DNA of 64,000 bases from Bacillota bacterium (lineage in GTDB: Bacteria; Bacillota; SHA-98; UBA4971). Each line of letters opens with the position of its first letter. The stretch's first letter is position 1. The notes beneath the pieces were generated by a model, which worked only from the letters and a program-made list of their open reading frames with translations, had not been told where the DNA came from and did no database searches. Positions 1 to 9,671 of the stretch are shown here, in pieces. Where the stretch lies: assembly GCA_014360195.1 (NCBI GenBank), contig JACIXY010000001.1, positions 305,714 to 369,713 on the forward strand, given 5' to 3'. Position numbers and translations under genes: made by a program.

Positions 1-4
1 CACG

Positions 5-50
5 GAGTGCAACACCGGCAGCCCCCGGAGAAGTGGTGGGGGTCTGTGGA
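5..50. repeat. Partial copy (3' core + right arm) of the dispersed palindromic MITE-like element, cut by the window edge
   Basis: GAGTGCAACACCGGCAGCCC followed by an arm resembling the right arm of the 4504-4696 copy (CCGGAGAAGTGGTGGGGG vs CTGGAAAAGTGGTAGAGA). Confidence 0.8.
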
Positions 51-97
51 TTCTTTCGGTGCTCAGGAAGTGCGTTCTCTTCTGGGGGGATCGATCG

Positions 98-1051
98 ATG
101 GATGGAACCGGACTCATAGTATCTTCGTCGCCGCATCAGCGGGCGGCCGTATCGACGCCGGTCATCATGAGTGATGTCATCCTCGCCCTCATGCCCGCTG
201 CCCTGGCCGGGGTATGGTTCTTCGGGCTCCGGGCGCTCGCCATGATGGTCGTGTGCGTGGCGGCGGCCGTCGGCACTGAGGCAGGTCTTGAAAAGCTCAT
301 GAAGAAGCCCGTAACTATTGAGGATTACAGCGCGGCTGTGGCAGGGTTCCTGCTGGCTCTCGTGCTACCGCCGGACCTGCCGCTCTGGATGGGCGCTATC
401 GGCGCTGCGTTCGCCATGGCAATAGCGAAGTTCATCTTCGGTGGGCTCGGGCAGAACATCTTCAACCCTGCGCTCATCGGGCGGGCCGTGCTGCTGGCCT
501 CGTGGCCGGTGTTCATGACGAGGTGGAGGTGGCCCATTTTCCAGGCGCCGTGGATACCGGATTTCGATGCGGTAAGCTCTGCAACCCCGCTCGCCCTCTG
601 GAAGCTCAATGGGATAAAGACGCCGTACCTAAACCTCTTCCTCGGCAACGTAGCAGGATCCATAGGGGAGACCTCGGCCCTTGCCATCCTGGTTGGTGCG
701 GCGTACCTGCTCTGGCGTGGTCATATTAGCTGGCGCATTCCGGTAAGCTTCATCGGAACGGTTGCGGTGCTTACGGCGCTCTTCGGTCAGGACCCGGTCT
801 TTCACGTGCTTGCGGGGGGTCTCTTGTTGGGCGCGTTCTTCATGGCCACGGATTATGTTACGAGCCCGGTCACTCCGAAAGGGCAGATCGTCTTCGGAGT
901 CGGGTGTGGTGTGCTGACGGTGTTCATCAGGCTATACGGCGGTTACCCCGAGGGCGTGTGCTATGCGATCCTGATCATGAACGCCGCCGCCGCTCTCATA
1001 GACAGGCTTACGGTGCCGCGCAAGTTCGGGGAGGTGAAGAAGGTTGCGTGA
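98..1051 (+). CDS. rnfD: Rnf electron transport complex subunit D
   Basis: SSSPH N-terminus, FGGLGQNIFNPAL, FMN site SSATPL, FMATDYVTSP; ATG 98 after GGGGGA. Confidence 0.95.
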   Translation: MDGTGLIVSSSPHQRAAVSTPVIMSDVILALMPAALAGVWFFGLRALAMMVVCVAAAVGTEAGLEKLMKKPVTIEDYSAAVAGFLLALVLPPDLPLWMGAIGAAFAMAIAKFIFGGLGQNIFNPALIGRAVLLASWPVFMTRWRWPIFQAPWIPDFDAVSSATPLALWKLNGIKTPYLNLFLGNVAGSIGETSALAILVGAAYLLWRGHISWRIPVSFIGTVAVLTALFGQDPVFHVLAGGLLLGAFFMATDYVTSPVTPKGQIVFGVGCGVLTVFIRLYGGYPEGVCYAILIMNAAAALIDRLTVPRKFGEVKKVA

Positions 1052-1640
1052 CGTGTTGAGGTTGGGTTTCATCCTCTTCGCGATATGCGCGGTGGCCGCG
1101 GGGGCGCTCGCGTTCGTGAACGACATCACTGAGGAGCGCATCGCGGCACAGGCCGCCATGAAGCTGGAGCAAGCGCTGGAAAGCGTGGTGCCGGGTGCAG
1201 AGGAGTTCAGGGACGAGACAGATAGAGTGCTGGCGCTAAAGGCTGCAGTGTCTGACGGGGGGAGGCCGGAGTTCCCGCTGATCAACAGGGTGTATGTGGG
1301 ATACGACAACGGGGAGATGGTGGGAACGGCATTCGCCTGCACTCCGTCCGGTTACGGCGGGCCTATCGACGCCGTGGTCGGCGTCTCACGCGATGGCGTC
1401 GTGACAGGGCTTACGGTGGTGAAACACACTGAGACCCCGGGGCTGGGCGCGAACATCACGAGCCGCGACTTCCAGATGCGCTTTGTCGGCCTGCGGGCAG
1501 GGATTCCAGTAAAGGTTACTAAAGACGGCGGTCAGGTGGAGGCCATCACCGGGGCGACGATCTCATCCAGGGCGGTCGCGAGCGCGGTTGACCAGGCGCT
1601 TCGGCTGTTCGAGCTCGTTACGCGAGAGGGGGTCTGGTGA
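1044..1640 (+). CDS. rnfG: Rnf subunit G (FMN-binding)
   Basis: N-terminal TM helix, GYGG, ETPGLG, flavinylation motif ITGATISS. Confidence 0.95.
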   Translation: MRDVLRLGFILFAICAVAAGALAFVNDITEERIAAQAAMKLEQALESVVPGAEEFRDETDRVLALKAAVSDGGRPEFPLINRVYVGYDNGEMVGTAFACTPSGYGGPIDAVVGVSRDGVVTGLTVVKHTETPGLGANITSRDFQMRFVGLRAGIPVKVTKDGGQVEAITGATISSRAVASAVDQALRLFELVTREGVW

Positions 1641-2270
1641 ATGAGCTTTAGGTCGGAGCTTACAAAGGGCCTTGTCAGGGAGAACCCTACTTTCAGGATC
1701 CTCCTTGGGATGTGCCCAACCATGGCAACTAGCCTTGCCATCTCCAATGGGATAGGCATGGGGATCGCAGCTACCTTCGTGCTCGTTGGGTCGAACGTGA
1801 TCGTGTCGATGCTGCGAAACGTCATTCCGTCGAGGATACGTATCCCCTGTTACATCGTGGTGATAGCGTCGTTCGTCACCATGGTGGATCTCATCATGGC
1901 CGCGTTCGTGCCGAAACTGCACGAGGTCCTCGGGATATTCATCCCGCTCATCGTCGTGAACTGCATCATCCTGGCGAGGGCCGAGGCGTTCGCGTCCAAG
2001 AACGGGGTGCTGTACTCGCTTGCTGATGGGATCGGCATGGGCCTCGGGTTCACCCTGGCCCTCACGGGGCTGAGCGCCATCAGGGAGCTCCTCGGGACCG
2101 GCACCCTCCTTGCGGTGCCGGACTTCGGGTTTCCCGGGTTCAGGATATTCGACCGCAGCCTTGCGGCGGTCATGGTGATTCTCCCTCCTGGGGGCTTCAT
2201 CACGCTAGGGCTTTTGATCGGCCTTCTCAACTCCCTGACCCGGCGGAAGAAGAAGGCGGCGCAGACATAA
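1641..2270 (+). CDS. rnfE: Rnf subunit E
   Basis: ENP..LLGMCP, FIPLIVVNC, LPPGGF. Confidence 0.95.
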   Translation: MSFRSELTKGLVRENPTFRILLGMCPTMATSLAISNGIGMGIAATFVLVGSNVIVSMLRNVIPSRIRIPCYIVVIASFVTMVDLIMAAFVPKLHEVLGIFIPLIVVNCIILARAEAFASKNGVLYSLADGIGMGLGFTLALTGLSAIRELLGTGTLLAVPDFGFPGFRIFDRSLAAVMVILPPGGFITLGLLIGLLNSLTRRKKKAAQT

Positions 2271-2305
2271 GGCCGGGCACAGGATCGTGACGGGAGGGAT
2301 ACTGC

Positions 2306-2905
2306 GTGGGCGAGATACTGGTGATATTCTTCGGCGGGGTGCTGCTCAACAACTTCATCCTGTCGAGGTTCCTCGGAATATGTCCGTTCATAGGCGTATC
2401 AAAGCAGGTCGAAACCGCGACCGGCATGGGCATGGCGGTTGTGTTCGTGATGGGCGTGGCATCTGTAGTGACCTGGATGGTCGAGCACTATATCCTGATG
2501 CCGCTGGGCCTCGGCTATCTCCGGACCATCGCCTTCATCCTCGTGATCGCCGCGCTCGTACAGCTTGTAGAAATGGTGATCCAGAAGGTAAGCCCGGTGC
2601 TGTACAAGGCCCTCGGGATCTACCTGCCGCTCATCACCACCAACTGCGCGGTGCTGGGAGTGGCGATTCTGAACATAACCGAGAAGTACAACCTGCTCGA
2701 GGCGGCGGTGAACGGTATCGCCGGCGCATCCGGGTTCACGCTGGCGATAGTCCTGTTCGCGGCGATAAGGGAGCGCATGGACCTTGCACCGATACCCGAG
2801 TCGCTGAAAGGCTTTCCCATGGCCCTCATAACGGCGGGCCTTATGTCCATCGCGTTCCTGGGGTTCGTCGGGTTCAGGCTGAAAGAGCTTTTCGGCGTCA
2901 TGTAG
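2306..2905 (+). CDS. rnfA: Rnf subunit A
   Basis: [30 protein letters not shown]. Confidence 0.95.
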   Translation: MGEILVIFFGGVLLNNFILSRFLGICPFIGVSKQVETATGMGMAVVFVMGVASVVTWMVEHYILMPLGLGYLRTIAFILVIAALVQLVEMVIQKVSPVLYKALGIYLPLITTNCAVLGVAILNITEKYNLLEAAVNGIAGASGFTLAIVLFAAIRERMDLAPIPESLKGFPMALITAGLMSIAFLGFVGFRLKELFGVM

Positions 2906-2929
2906 GATTTCGCGAGGGGTGAGCAAGGG

Positions 2930-3757
2930 ATGATTTACCTTAAAGCGGTCCTTAGCCTCGGACTGATGGGGGCGGTATTTGGGCTTGCGCTTGCTCTCGC
3001 CGCGAAGAAGTTCGCGATCGAGCAGGACCCCAGGCAGGACAGGATTGTGGAGGTTCTTCCCGGTGCCAACTGCGGCGGGTGCGGCTTCCCCGGGTGCAGC
3101 GGTCTTGCAGCTGCAATCGTCGCCGAGAAGGCCCCTGTTGACGGGTGCCCCGTGGGTGGTCCCGCTGTGGCCGCGAAGGTTGCGGCCATCATGGGCGTGG
3201 AGGTCGGAGCGGCGAAAGAGAGAAAAGTGGCCAGGGTGCTGTGTCAAGGCAGCTCTGATAACTGTGGGTCGAGGTTCGTGTACGACGGCCTTTCCGACTG
3301 CAAGGCAGCGCAGCTTGTGGACGGCGGTGCGAAAGCGTGCGTGTACGGCTGCCTCGGCCTGGGGTCGTGCGTGGCGGCGTGCTCCTTCGATGCGCTGCAC
3401 ATGGGGCCTGATGGGCTTCCCGTGGTGGACGAGGAGGAGTGTACGTCCTGCGGAAGGTGCGTTGCGGCCTGCCCGAGGGGCATCATCCAGCTGGTCCCGG
3501 CAGCTCAGTCCGTGACGGTCCTTTGCAGGTCGTACGCGCGAGGCGCGGAGGTCCGCAAGACGTGCAAGGTCGGATGCATCGGGTGCGGACTGTGCGTGAA
3601 GGTGTGCCCGACCGGGGCTGTCACCGTAGAGAACAACCTTGCCGTCATTGACCCGGCGAAGTGCGACGCCTGCGGCAAATGCGTGGAGAAGTGCCCGACG
3701 AAGTGCATCGTGATGAAGGGTGCGAAGGCAAGCGCCGACGCCCTCGCGGCAAGCTAA
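2930..3757 (+). CDS. rnfB: Rnf subunit B (polyferredoxin)
   Basis: LPGANCGGCGFPGC plus several CxxCxxCxxxCP motifs. Confidence 0.95.
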   Translation: MIYLKAVLSLGLMGAVFGLALALAAKKFAIEQDPRQDRIVEVLPGANCGGCGFPGCSGLAAAIVAEKAPVDGCPVGGPAVAAKVAAIMGVEVGAAKERKVARVLCQGSSDNCGSRFVYDGLSDCKAAQLVDGGAKACVYGCLGLGSCVAACSFDALHMGPDGLPVVDEEECTSCGRCVAACPRGIIQLVPAAQSVTVLCRSYARGAEVRKTCKVGCIGCGLCVKVCPTGAVTVENNLAVIDPAKCDACGKCVEKCPTKCIVMKGAKASADALAAS

Positions 3758-4507
3758 GTGAGCATGAAGGACCGCGTTGAGAGAGGAAGGCCCGACCCGT
3801 ATTTCCTTGCGGGCGGGCCCACCGCGTGTCTTCTCATACACGGCTTCACCGGGTCACCTGCGGAGATGGCTCCAGTCGCGGAGTACCTTCAGAGCCGAGG
3901 CTTCACCGTCCACGCTCCTCTCCTCGCTGGCCACGGAACGACGCCGGAGGACATGGAGAAGACAGGATGGCGAGACTGGGTGCGAAGCGCGGAGGCAGGG
4001 TACGAGTTTCTTGCCGGACGTGCGGAACGCATCTATACGATCGGTCTGTCCATGGGCGGGCTGCTCGCCCTGCATCTTGCTGCAACGAAGCCCGTGGCTG
4101 GTGTCGTGGCCATGTGCGCGCCCATCCGCCTCAAAAAGCGCACTGCGCTTCTCGCACCCATCCTCCGGCACGTTGTTCGGTTCATCCCGAAAGGGTCGCC
4201 CGCGCCACCGTTTGCGGCCGATCTGTGGAGCTACGACCGCACGCCGGTTGCGTGCGTGCCGCACCTCCTGCGTCTTATCCGCATCGTCCGCCGCGAACTT
4301 GGGGCGATCTCGGCTCCGGCCCTCGTGGTCCAGGGCGCAGGCGACCAGACCGTCGATCCTGAAAGCGCCCGGTTCATAGTGGAGCATCTTGGATCGCGGA
4401 CAAAGAACCTCCTTATGCTGGCGAACTCTGGCCACCTGGTCACCCTCGACCAGGACCAGGGAACGCTCTTTTCCGCTATCGCGTCGTTTGTCTCCAGGAT
4501 AGCGTAA
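3758..4507 (+). CDS. Alpha/beta hydrolase, carboxylesterase (Est/YvaK-like)
   Basis: HGFTGSP, GLSMGG nucleophile elbow, D-x-x-V and SGH catalytic residues. Confidence 0.9.
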   Translation: MSMKDRVERGRPDPYFLAGGPTACLLIHGFTGSPAEMAPVAEYLQSRGFTVHAPLLAGHGTTPEDMEKTGWRDWVRSAEAGYEFLAGRAERIYTIGLSMGGLLALHLAATKPVAGVVAMCAPIRLKKRTALLAPILRHVVRFIPKGSPAPPFAADLWSYDRTPVACVPHLLRLIRIVRRELGAISAPALVVQGAGDQTVDPESARFIVEHLGSRTKNLLMLANSGHLVTLDQDQGTLFSAIASFVSRIA

Positions 4508-4696
4508 GTGCGGATTTAGAAGACATCACCAGTCTCCCAAAGGGTTTCAGGCTGCCGGTGCTTGCGCGAGGGGGCGTTGAAGATTTGGCAGGCCTCGACG
4601 CCAAATCTAACGAGGCGCCCCGCAAGGGCGCCGTCCCCCGAGCGCAACACCGGCAACCCCTGGAAAAGTGGTAGAGACCTTTGAACCCACACTTAG
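4504..4696. repeat. Palindromic MITE-like element, long core, diverged arms (193 bp)
   Basis: GTAAGTG...CACTTAG ends; inner IR GGCTGCCGGTG/CACCGGCAACC; two apical hairpins. Confidence 0.85.
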
Positions 4697-4920
4697 AGGT
4701 TTTTCTCCATCTTCCTGATGCTTTCGCGCGCGATGGCCTCCTCGCCTTTCTTCACCAGTCTCTTCACCATCTGGCCGCCGACCTTTCCGGCCTCCCTGAC
4801 GCTGGGTGCGTCGGGGTCTTTCATGTCGTCGGCCAGGCCGAGATGCTCCGCAGTCTCCCACTTCAGTCGATCAAGCTGTCGCAACGTTCTCAAACGGTCG
4901 TTGTTTTTCTTCCTTCCCAA
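4693..4920 (-). CDS. Small acid-soluble spore protein, alpha/beta type
   Basis: LKWETAEHLGL and REAGKVGGQMVKRLV motifs; RBS AAGGGAAGGAG. Confidence 0.85.
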   Translation of the reverse strand: MGRKKNNDRLRTLRQLDRLKWETAEHLGLADDMKDPDAPSVREAGKVGGQMVKRLVKKGEEAIARESIRKMEKNL

Positions 4921-5130
4921 ACTGTGCGCTCTCCTTCCCTTGCGTCCTTAGAGGCATCTCATCCTTATGATTGCCACATCCCGGGAACATATGACAGACC
5001 CTGTGCGGACACACGGCGAGCGGCCGGGGCCTGCCCCCGTTGCCGATGTGCTAGCCCAAATGGCTGCTTGTCAGGGTTTAGGAGAAGTGATACACTGTGT
5101 CCGGGAAATCCGTCGGGGGGTGCGATTCAG

Positions 5131-6246
5131 TTGAAGTGGGAGTACGGGCGCAGGCGAAGAGGGAGAAGGCAGCGATTGCTGGTCCTTTTTCTCATTCTTC
5201 TCCTGGGTGCTCTTACTGTTGCTGGTTATGCGCTTGTGAGGTTCGGCGTCCTCCCATGGCCGCAGAGGGCCACTACTGTGCACGGCGAAGGTGGCGGCAG
5301 GGTTGCGGGCACCGGCGCCGCTGAACCTGAGGAGTATGTGGAAAGCCAGTTCCTGATGGACACATATGTCAGTATACGGGCGTTCGGCCACGGGGCTAAA
5401 GACGCCGTTTCCGCGGCGTTCAACGAGATGCGCCGCATTGAGAGTCTCACGAGCAGGTTTGTTCCAACAAGTGATGTTTCCCGGGTGAACCAGGCGGCTG
5501 GCCTGGACCCCGTCCAGGTGAGCGATGAGACCTTCATGCTCCTCGAAAAAGCCCGAGAATGCTCGGACCTTTCCGGCGGAGCCTTCGACGTCACGATCGG
5601 GCCGGTGATCGACGCATGGGGTTTTGGCACTGAGAATCCCCACGTGCCGGACCCTGACGTCCTTGCGAAGGCCGTAGCCCTCGTGAACTTCCGTGCGGTG
5701 GAGCTTGACCCCGCCCAGAAAACGGTCAGGCTCGCCACTCCGGGTATGTCCATCGATCTCGGCGGCATCGCCAAGGGCTACGCGGCAGACCGGGCGGCTG
5801 CGGTGCTGCGGGAGCACGGAGTCAAGCACGCCCTCATTGATGCAGGTGGCAATATCGTCGCGGTGGGCTCCCGTCCTGACGGGAAACCGTGGCATATCGG
5901 GATAAGAGACCCGAGGGGCTCAAGCCCAACCGACACCATAGGCCCGGTGGTTGAGATAAGCGACGGAGCGGTCGTGACGTCCGGCGATTACGAGAGGTTC
6001 TTTGTCGAAGGCGAGCGGCGTTACCACCACATCTTTGATCCCAAGACGGGCAGGCCCGCGGATCGTGCGGAGAGCGTCACGATCATCGCACCAAACTCTG
6101 TTGATGCCGACATGCTTTCCACTGCAGTATTTGTTCTCGGCCCGTTGGAAGGGCCGAAGATCCTGGAAGGGCTCAACGGCGTCTCGGCGATGGTGGTCGG
6201 TGCCGATGGGCGACTTGTGTTCTCGCCCGGGTTCCCGGCGCATTGA
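5131..6246 (+). CDS. apbE: FAD:protein FMN transferase ApbE
   Basis: MDT, GAFDVTIGP, DLGGIAKGY, TSGDYER, HHIFDPKTG; N-terminal TM; start TTG 5131 inferred from RBS. Confidence 0.9.
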   Translation: MKWEYGRRRRGRRQRLLVLFLILLLGALTVAGYALVRFGVLPWPQRATTVHGEGGGRVAGTGAAEPEEYVESQFLMDTYVSIRAFGHGAKDAVSAAFNEMRRIESLTSRFVPTSDVSRVNQAAGLDPVQVSDETFMLLEKARECSDLSGGAFDVTIGPVIDAWGFGTENPHVPDPDVLAKAVALVNFRAVELDPAQKTVRLATPGMSIDLGGIAKGYAADRAAAVLREHGVKHALIDAGGNIVAVGSRPDGKPWHIGIRDPRGSSPTDTIGPVVEISDGAVVTSGDYERFFVEGERRYHHIFDPKTGRPADRAESVTIIAPNSVDADMLSTAVFVLGPLEGPKILEGLNGVSAMVVGADGRLVFSPGFPAH

Positions 6247-6303
6247 TGTCGCCCGAGCGATCTTTGAACTGGCACTTTATCAGCCAGGGGTGGGGATGCC
6301 ACA

Positions 6304-6942
6304 TTGAGGTTCGTTCTTGCGTCCGCGTCGCCTGCGCGGGCTGAACTCTTGCGGCAGATCGGGCTTCGCTTCGATGTTGTGCCAAGCGGGATAGCTGAAG
6401 ACATGGTCAATGGCAACGACCCCGGGGAAAGCGTCGCGGCCGTTGCTCTGGCCAAGGCACGCCACGTGGCGCGTAGCGAGCGCGACGCGGTGGTCATTGC
6501 GGCCGATACTGTCATCGTGCTTGACGGTGAGGTGCTCGGCAAGCCGGCGGACGCTGATGATGCTCGTAACATGCTTCGCCGAATGTCCGGGCGATGGCAC
6601 CAGGTGGCAAGCGGACTTGCGGTGGTGGATGCGCGTTCCGGACGCGAAGCCGCCTGCCACGAGGTCACCCTGGTGCGCATGGCGAGCCTCTCTGCGAGCG
6701 CTATTGACGGGTACGTGGGGACGGGCGAACCGCTTGGCAAGGCGGGTTCGTATGCCATACAGGGTCGAGGCGCGCTCTTTGTGGAGAGGATCTCCGGGTG
6801 CTACTTTAATGTGGTAGGCCTTCCCATCGCCCGGCTCGTGGATCTCGCCCGCGCCGTCGGCGTGGACCTCATGCGCGAAGCCTTCGGGGGGTATGGGGTA
6901 TGCGGGAGCACCCAGGGCAGCGACGATCCTCCTTCACGATGA
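6304..6942 (+). CDS. maf: Maf nucleotide pyrophosphatase
   Basis: LASASPAR, ADT, LGKP, KAGSYAIQG, NVVGLP. Confidence 0.95.
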   Translation: MRFVLASASPARAELLRQIGLRFDVVPSGIAEDMVNGNDPGESVAAVALAKARHVARSERDAVVIAADTVIVLDGEVLGKPADADDARNMLRRMSGRWHQVASGLAVVDARSGREAACHEVTLVRMASLSASAIDGYVGTGEPLGKAGSYAIQGRGALFVERISGCYFNVVGLPIARLVDLARAVGVDLMREAFGGYGVCGSTQGSDDPPSR

Positions 6943-7709
6943 AGGAAATGCCGGCACAAGAGCGACCCAGGGAACGCCTTCTCCGGGCGGGCCCCGAGGC
7001 GCTCTCTTCCGCGGAACTCGTGTCTATCATCCTCGGCACGGGCGTCCGCGGCCAGACAGCCCTCTCGCTTGCGGGCGCGGTCTTGCGCGCTTTCGGCGGC
7101 CTGCGTGGGATAGCGGCGGCTTCCACCCGCGACCTGGCCAGCCACAAGGGGATCGGGCCGGCCAAGGCGGTGCAGCTCAAGGCCGCCATGGAGCTGGGCA
7201 GGAGAGCCGTGACTCTCGAGCCGGAAGAGCTCGTCCAGGTGAGCGGGCCGCGCGATGTGGCGAGCCTTCTCATGGGCGAGATGCGCTACCTTGACAGGGA
7301 GCATTTCAGGGTGGTGCTGCTCAATGCGAAGCACCGGATCATAGACGTTGTGACGGTGTCCGTGGGGTGCCTCGACAGCTCGCTCGTTCACCCGAGGGAG
7401 GTGTTCAAGGAGTGCCTCAAGAGAAACTCCGCCTGCGTCATACTGGTGCACAATCACCCGAGCGGCGATCCGACGCCGAGCGGCGACGACATTGCAATAA
7501 CGCGCAGGCTGGCAAGCTCCGGTCTCATTCTCGGGATAGAAGTGCTTGACCACATAATTGTGGGAGACAACAGGTACTCAAGCCTTAAGGAACTCGGCCT
7601 CATGACACCCGCCACCGCGACTTGCTCGGGGGCATTGTCCTGGCACGAGCCCTGGCCGGGCCCAGCTGCCTGTGCTGCCGGAAGGGAGAATACGAGCTGT
7701 GATTCTTGA
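6900..7709 (+). CDS. radC: RadC family JAB-domain protein
   Basis: ERPRERL, VHPREVF, HNHPSGDPTPS, LDHII; start may be ATG 6939. Confidence 0.93.
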   Translation: MREHPGQRRSSFTMKEMPAQERPRERLLRAGPEALSSAELVSIILGTGVRGQTALSLAGAVLRAFGGLRGIAAASTRDLASHKGIGPAKAVQLKAAMELGRRAVTLEPEELVQVSGPRDVASLLMGEMRYLDREHFRVVLLNAKHRIIDVVTVSVGCLDSSLVHPREVFKECLKRNSACVILVHNHPSGDPTPSGDDIAITRRLASSGLILGIEVLDHIIVGDNRYSSLKELGLMTPATATCSGALSWHEPWPGPAACAAGRENTSCDS

Positions 7710-8748
7710 CCCTATCCTCGCCTTCTTTTCCAAGGATCTCGCCATTGATCTTGGGACCGCCAACTCCCTGGTTTACGTGAAGGGCAAAGGGGTCGTCATC
7801 CAGGAGCCGTCCGTGGTGGCGATCCGCAAAGACACAGGCGCCATTCTCGAGGTTGGGTCCGCCGCCAACCGCATGGTGGGCAGAACCCCTGGGAACATAG
7901 TGGTCGTGCGCCCGCTCAAAGACGGCGTCATAGCTGACTTCGACGTGACCGAGATGATGCTCCGCCATTTCATCGTCCGGGCGCACAGGGGGCGTGCAGT
8001 CGTTCGGCCGAGAGTTATCATAGGAGTGCCGTCAGGTGTGACCGAAGTAGAGAGGCGGGCCGTGATCGATGCGGCGCTCCAGGCAGGGGCTCGTGAGGCG
8101 CACCTCATCGAGGAGCCTCTCGCGGCTGCCATCGGCGCCGGTCTTCCCGTCTTTGAGCCTTCGGGCAACATGGTGGTGGATATCGGCGGAGGCACCACGG
8201 AGATAGCCGTGATATCCCTTGGGGGAATCGTGGCCTCAAGGTCCATTCGCATCGCAGGGGATGAGATGGACGAGGCCATAGTGCAACATGTCAAGAAGGT
8301 CTACAATCTTGTAATCGGGACCAGGACAGCCGAAGAGATCAAGAAGCAGATCGGGTCGGCATGCCCCCGGCACCCAGAGGCTACCATGGAGGTAAAGGGC
8401 AGGGATATGGTATCTGGCCTGCCGAAGACCGTGCGTATCTCCGCAGGCGAGGTCGAGGAGGCGCTCCGGGAGCCCATCGGGGCCATCGTCGAGGCTGTGA
8501 AGATGACTTTAGAGAGAACGCCGCCCGAGCTTTCCGCGGACATCATCGACAAGGGGATCGTTGCTTCAGGCGGTGGCTCTCTTCTAGAGGGCATCGAACA
8601 GGTGCTTGCGGATTCCACGGGTATGCCGGTGCACCGCGCCGACGAGCCTCTCACGTGCGTCGTGAGGGGCGCGGGCAAGGCCCTCGAGGAAATGGATCGC
8701 TACCGGCGGATGCTTACGAGCTCATCGCGGATCGGACAGAGAAGCTGA
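7699..8748 (+). CDS. mreB: Rod shape-determining protein MreB
   Basis: DLAIDLGTAN, EPLAAAIGAG, DIGGGTTE. Confidence 0.97.
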   Translation: MILDPILAFFSKDLAIDLGTANSLVYVKGKGVVIQEPSVVAIRKDTGAILEVGSAANRMVGRTPGNIVVVRPLKDGVIADFDVTEMMLRHFIVRAHRGRAVVRPRVIIGVPSGVTEVERRAVIDAALQAGAREAHLIEEPLAAAIGAGLPVFEPSGNMVVDIGGGTTEIAVISLGGIVASRSIRIAGDEMDEAIVQHVKKVYNLVIGTRTAEEIKKQIGSACPRHPEATMEVKGRDMVSGLPKTVRISAGEVEEALREPIGAIVEAVKMTLERTPPELSADIIDKGIVASGGGSLLEGIEQVLADSTGMPVHRADEPLTCVVRGAGKALEEMDRYRRMLTSSSRIGQRS

Positions 8749-8750
8749 CT

Positions 8751-9671
8751 ATGGCTGGCAGGGGTGACGCGCCTGTGCAGCAGGAGCCCAACGGCAAGCG
8801 CTACGGAGTTGCAATGGTTGCAATATTGCTGCTGCTTGTGGCGCTCCTTTTCGTGACCTCCGGCGAAAGGGAGTCGTTATCGCCGCCGGAGAGCGCCGTG
8901 CGTGAGGTGCTCGCGCCTTTGGAAAGGGTCTTTTTCCGCGTGGCAAGCGAGATAAGCGGGGCTGTGCACACCGTCGCGAACCTGCGGCACCTTGTTCGCG
9001 AGAATGACCGACTGTACCTTGAGATATCGCGCTTGATGGCGGAGAACGCCCGACTTGAAGAGTACAGGCTCGAGAACACACGCCTGCGGAAGCTGCTGGA
9101 TTTCCAGGCCACCCTCGACTACCCGACGTGCGCCGCGCAGATCGTGGGCAGGGATCCGGGCAACTGGCTCGGGACGGTTACCATCAACAAAGGGACGCGC
9201 CATGGCGTCAGGAAGAACATGGCTTGCGCGACCATGGAGGGACTCGTGGGCAGGGTGCTGTCAACGACCCCGCGCACCGCGACCGTGCTGCTCATCCTCG
9301 ATCCCAGGAGCGCGGTGGGAGGCATGGTGCAGCGCACAAGGACCCTCGTCCTACTGGAGGGGGATCCCGCGAGACCGGGCCTTTGCCTTGTGAAGTCCCT
9401 CACCCCGGAGTGCGACGTGCAGGTGGGAGACAGGGTGCTCTCATCGGGGCTGGGTGGCGTCTATCCGAAGGGCCTGGTCATCGGGGAGATCGTGGAGGTA
9501 ATGCCGGGAAAGTATGGCGTCGGGAGAGCGGCGTACCTCAAGCCAGCTGTCGACTTCGCCCGGCTTGAAGAAGTTCTGGTTATTACTCGCAGTCCCGAGC
9601 CCGCGGGGGTCCCGGCGGAGGCTCGTGCTCAGACTCCGGGACAGTCGCCGGAGGAGGCGGCACAGCAGTGA
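8751..9671 (+). CDS. mreC: Rod shape-determining protein MreC
   Basis: TM + coiled coil (ENxRLRKLL), GLVGRV, SGLGGVYPKG. Confidence 0.93.
   Translation: MAGRGDAPVQQEPNGKRYGVAMVAILLLLVALLFVTSGERESLSPPESAVREVLAPLERVFFRVASEISGAVHTVANLRHLVRENDRLYLEISRLMAENARLEEYRLENTRLRKLLDFQATLDYPTCAAQIVGRDPGNWLGTVTINKGTRHGVRKNMACATMEGLVGRVLSTTPRTATVLLILDPRSAVGGMVQRTRTLVLLEGDPARPGLCLVKSLTPECDVQVGDRVLSSGLGGVYPKGLVIGEIVEVMPGKYGVGRAAYLKPAVDFARLEEVLVITRSPEPAGVPAEARAQTPGQSPEEAAQQ

Noticed and set aside
2399-3841. Long antisense and alternative-frame ORFs (e.g. 2399-3841, 35107-36393, 51397-52713, 55744-57024, 60607-61932)
   Set aside because: Shadow ORFs expected in high-GC DNA; they overlap well-supported genes and show no recognisable motifs
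98-6246. rnf plus apbE as a novel system
   Set aside because: A well-described Rnf complex and its flavin transferase
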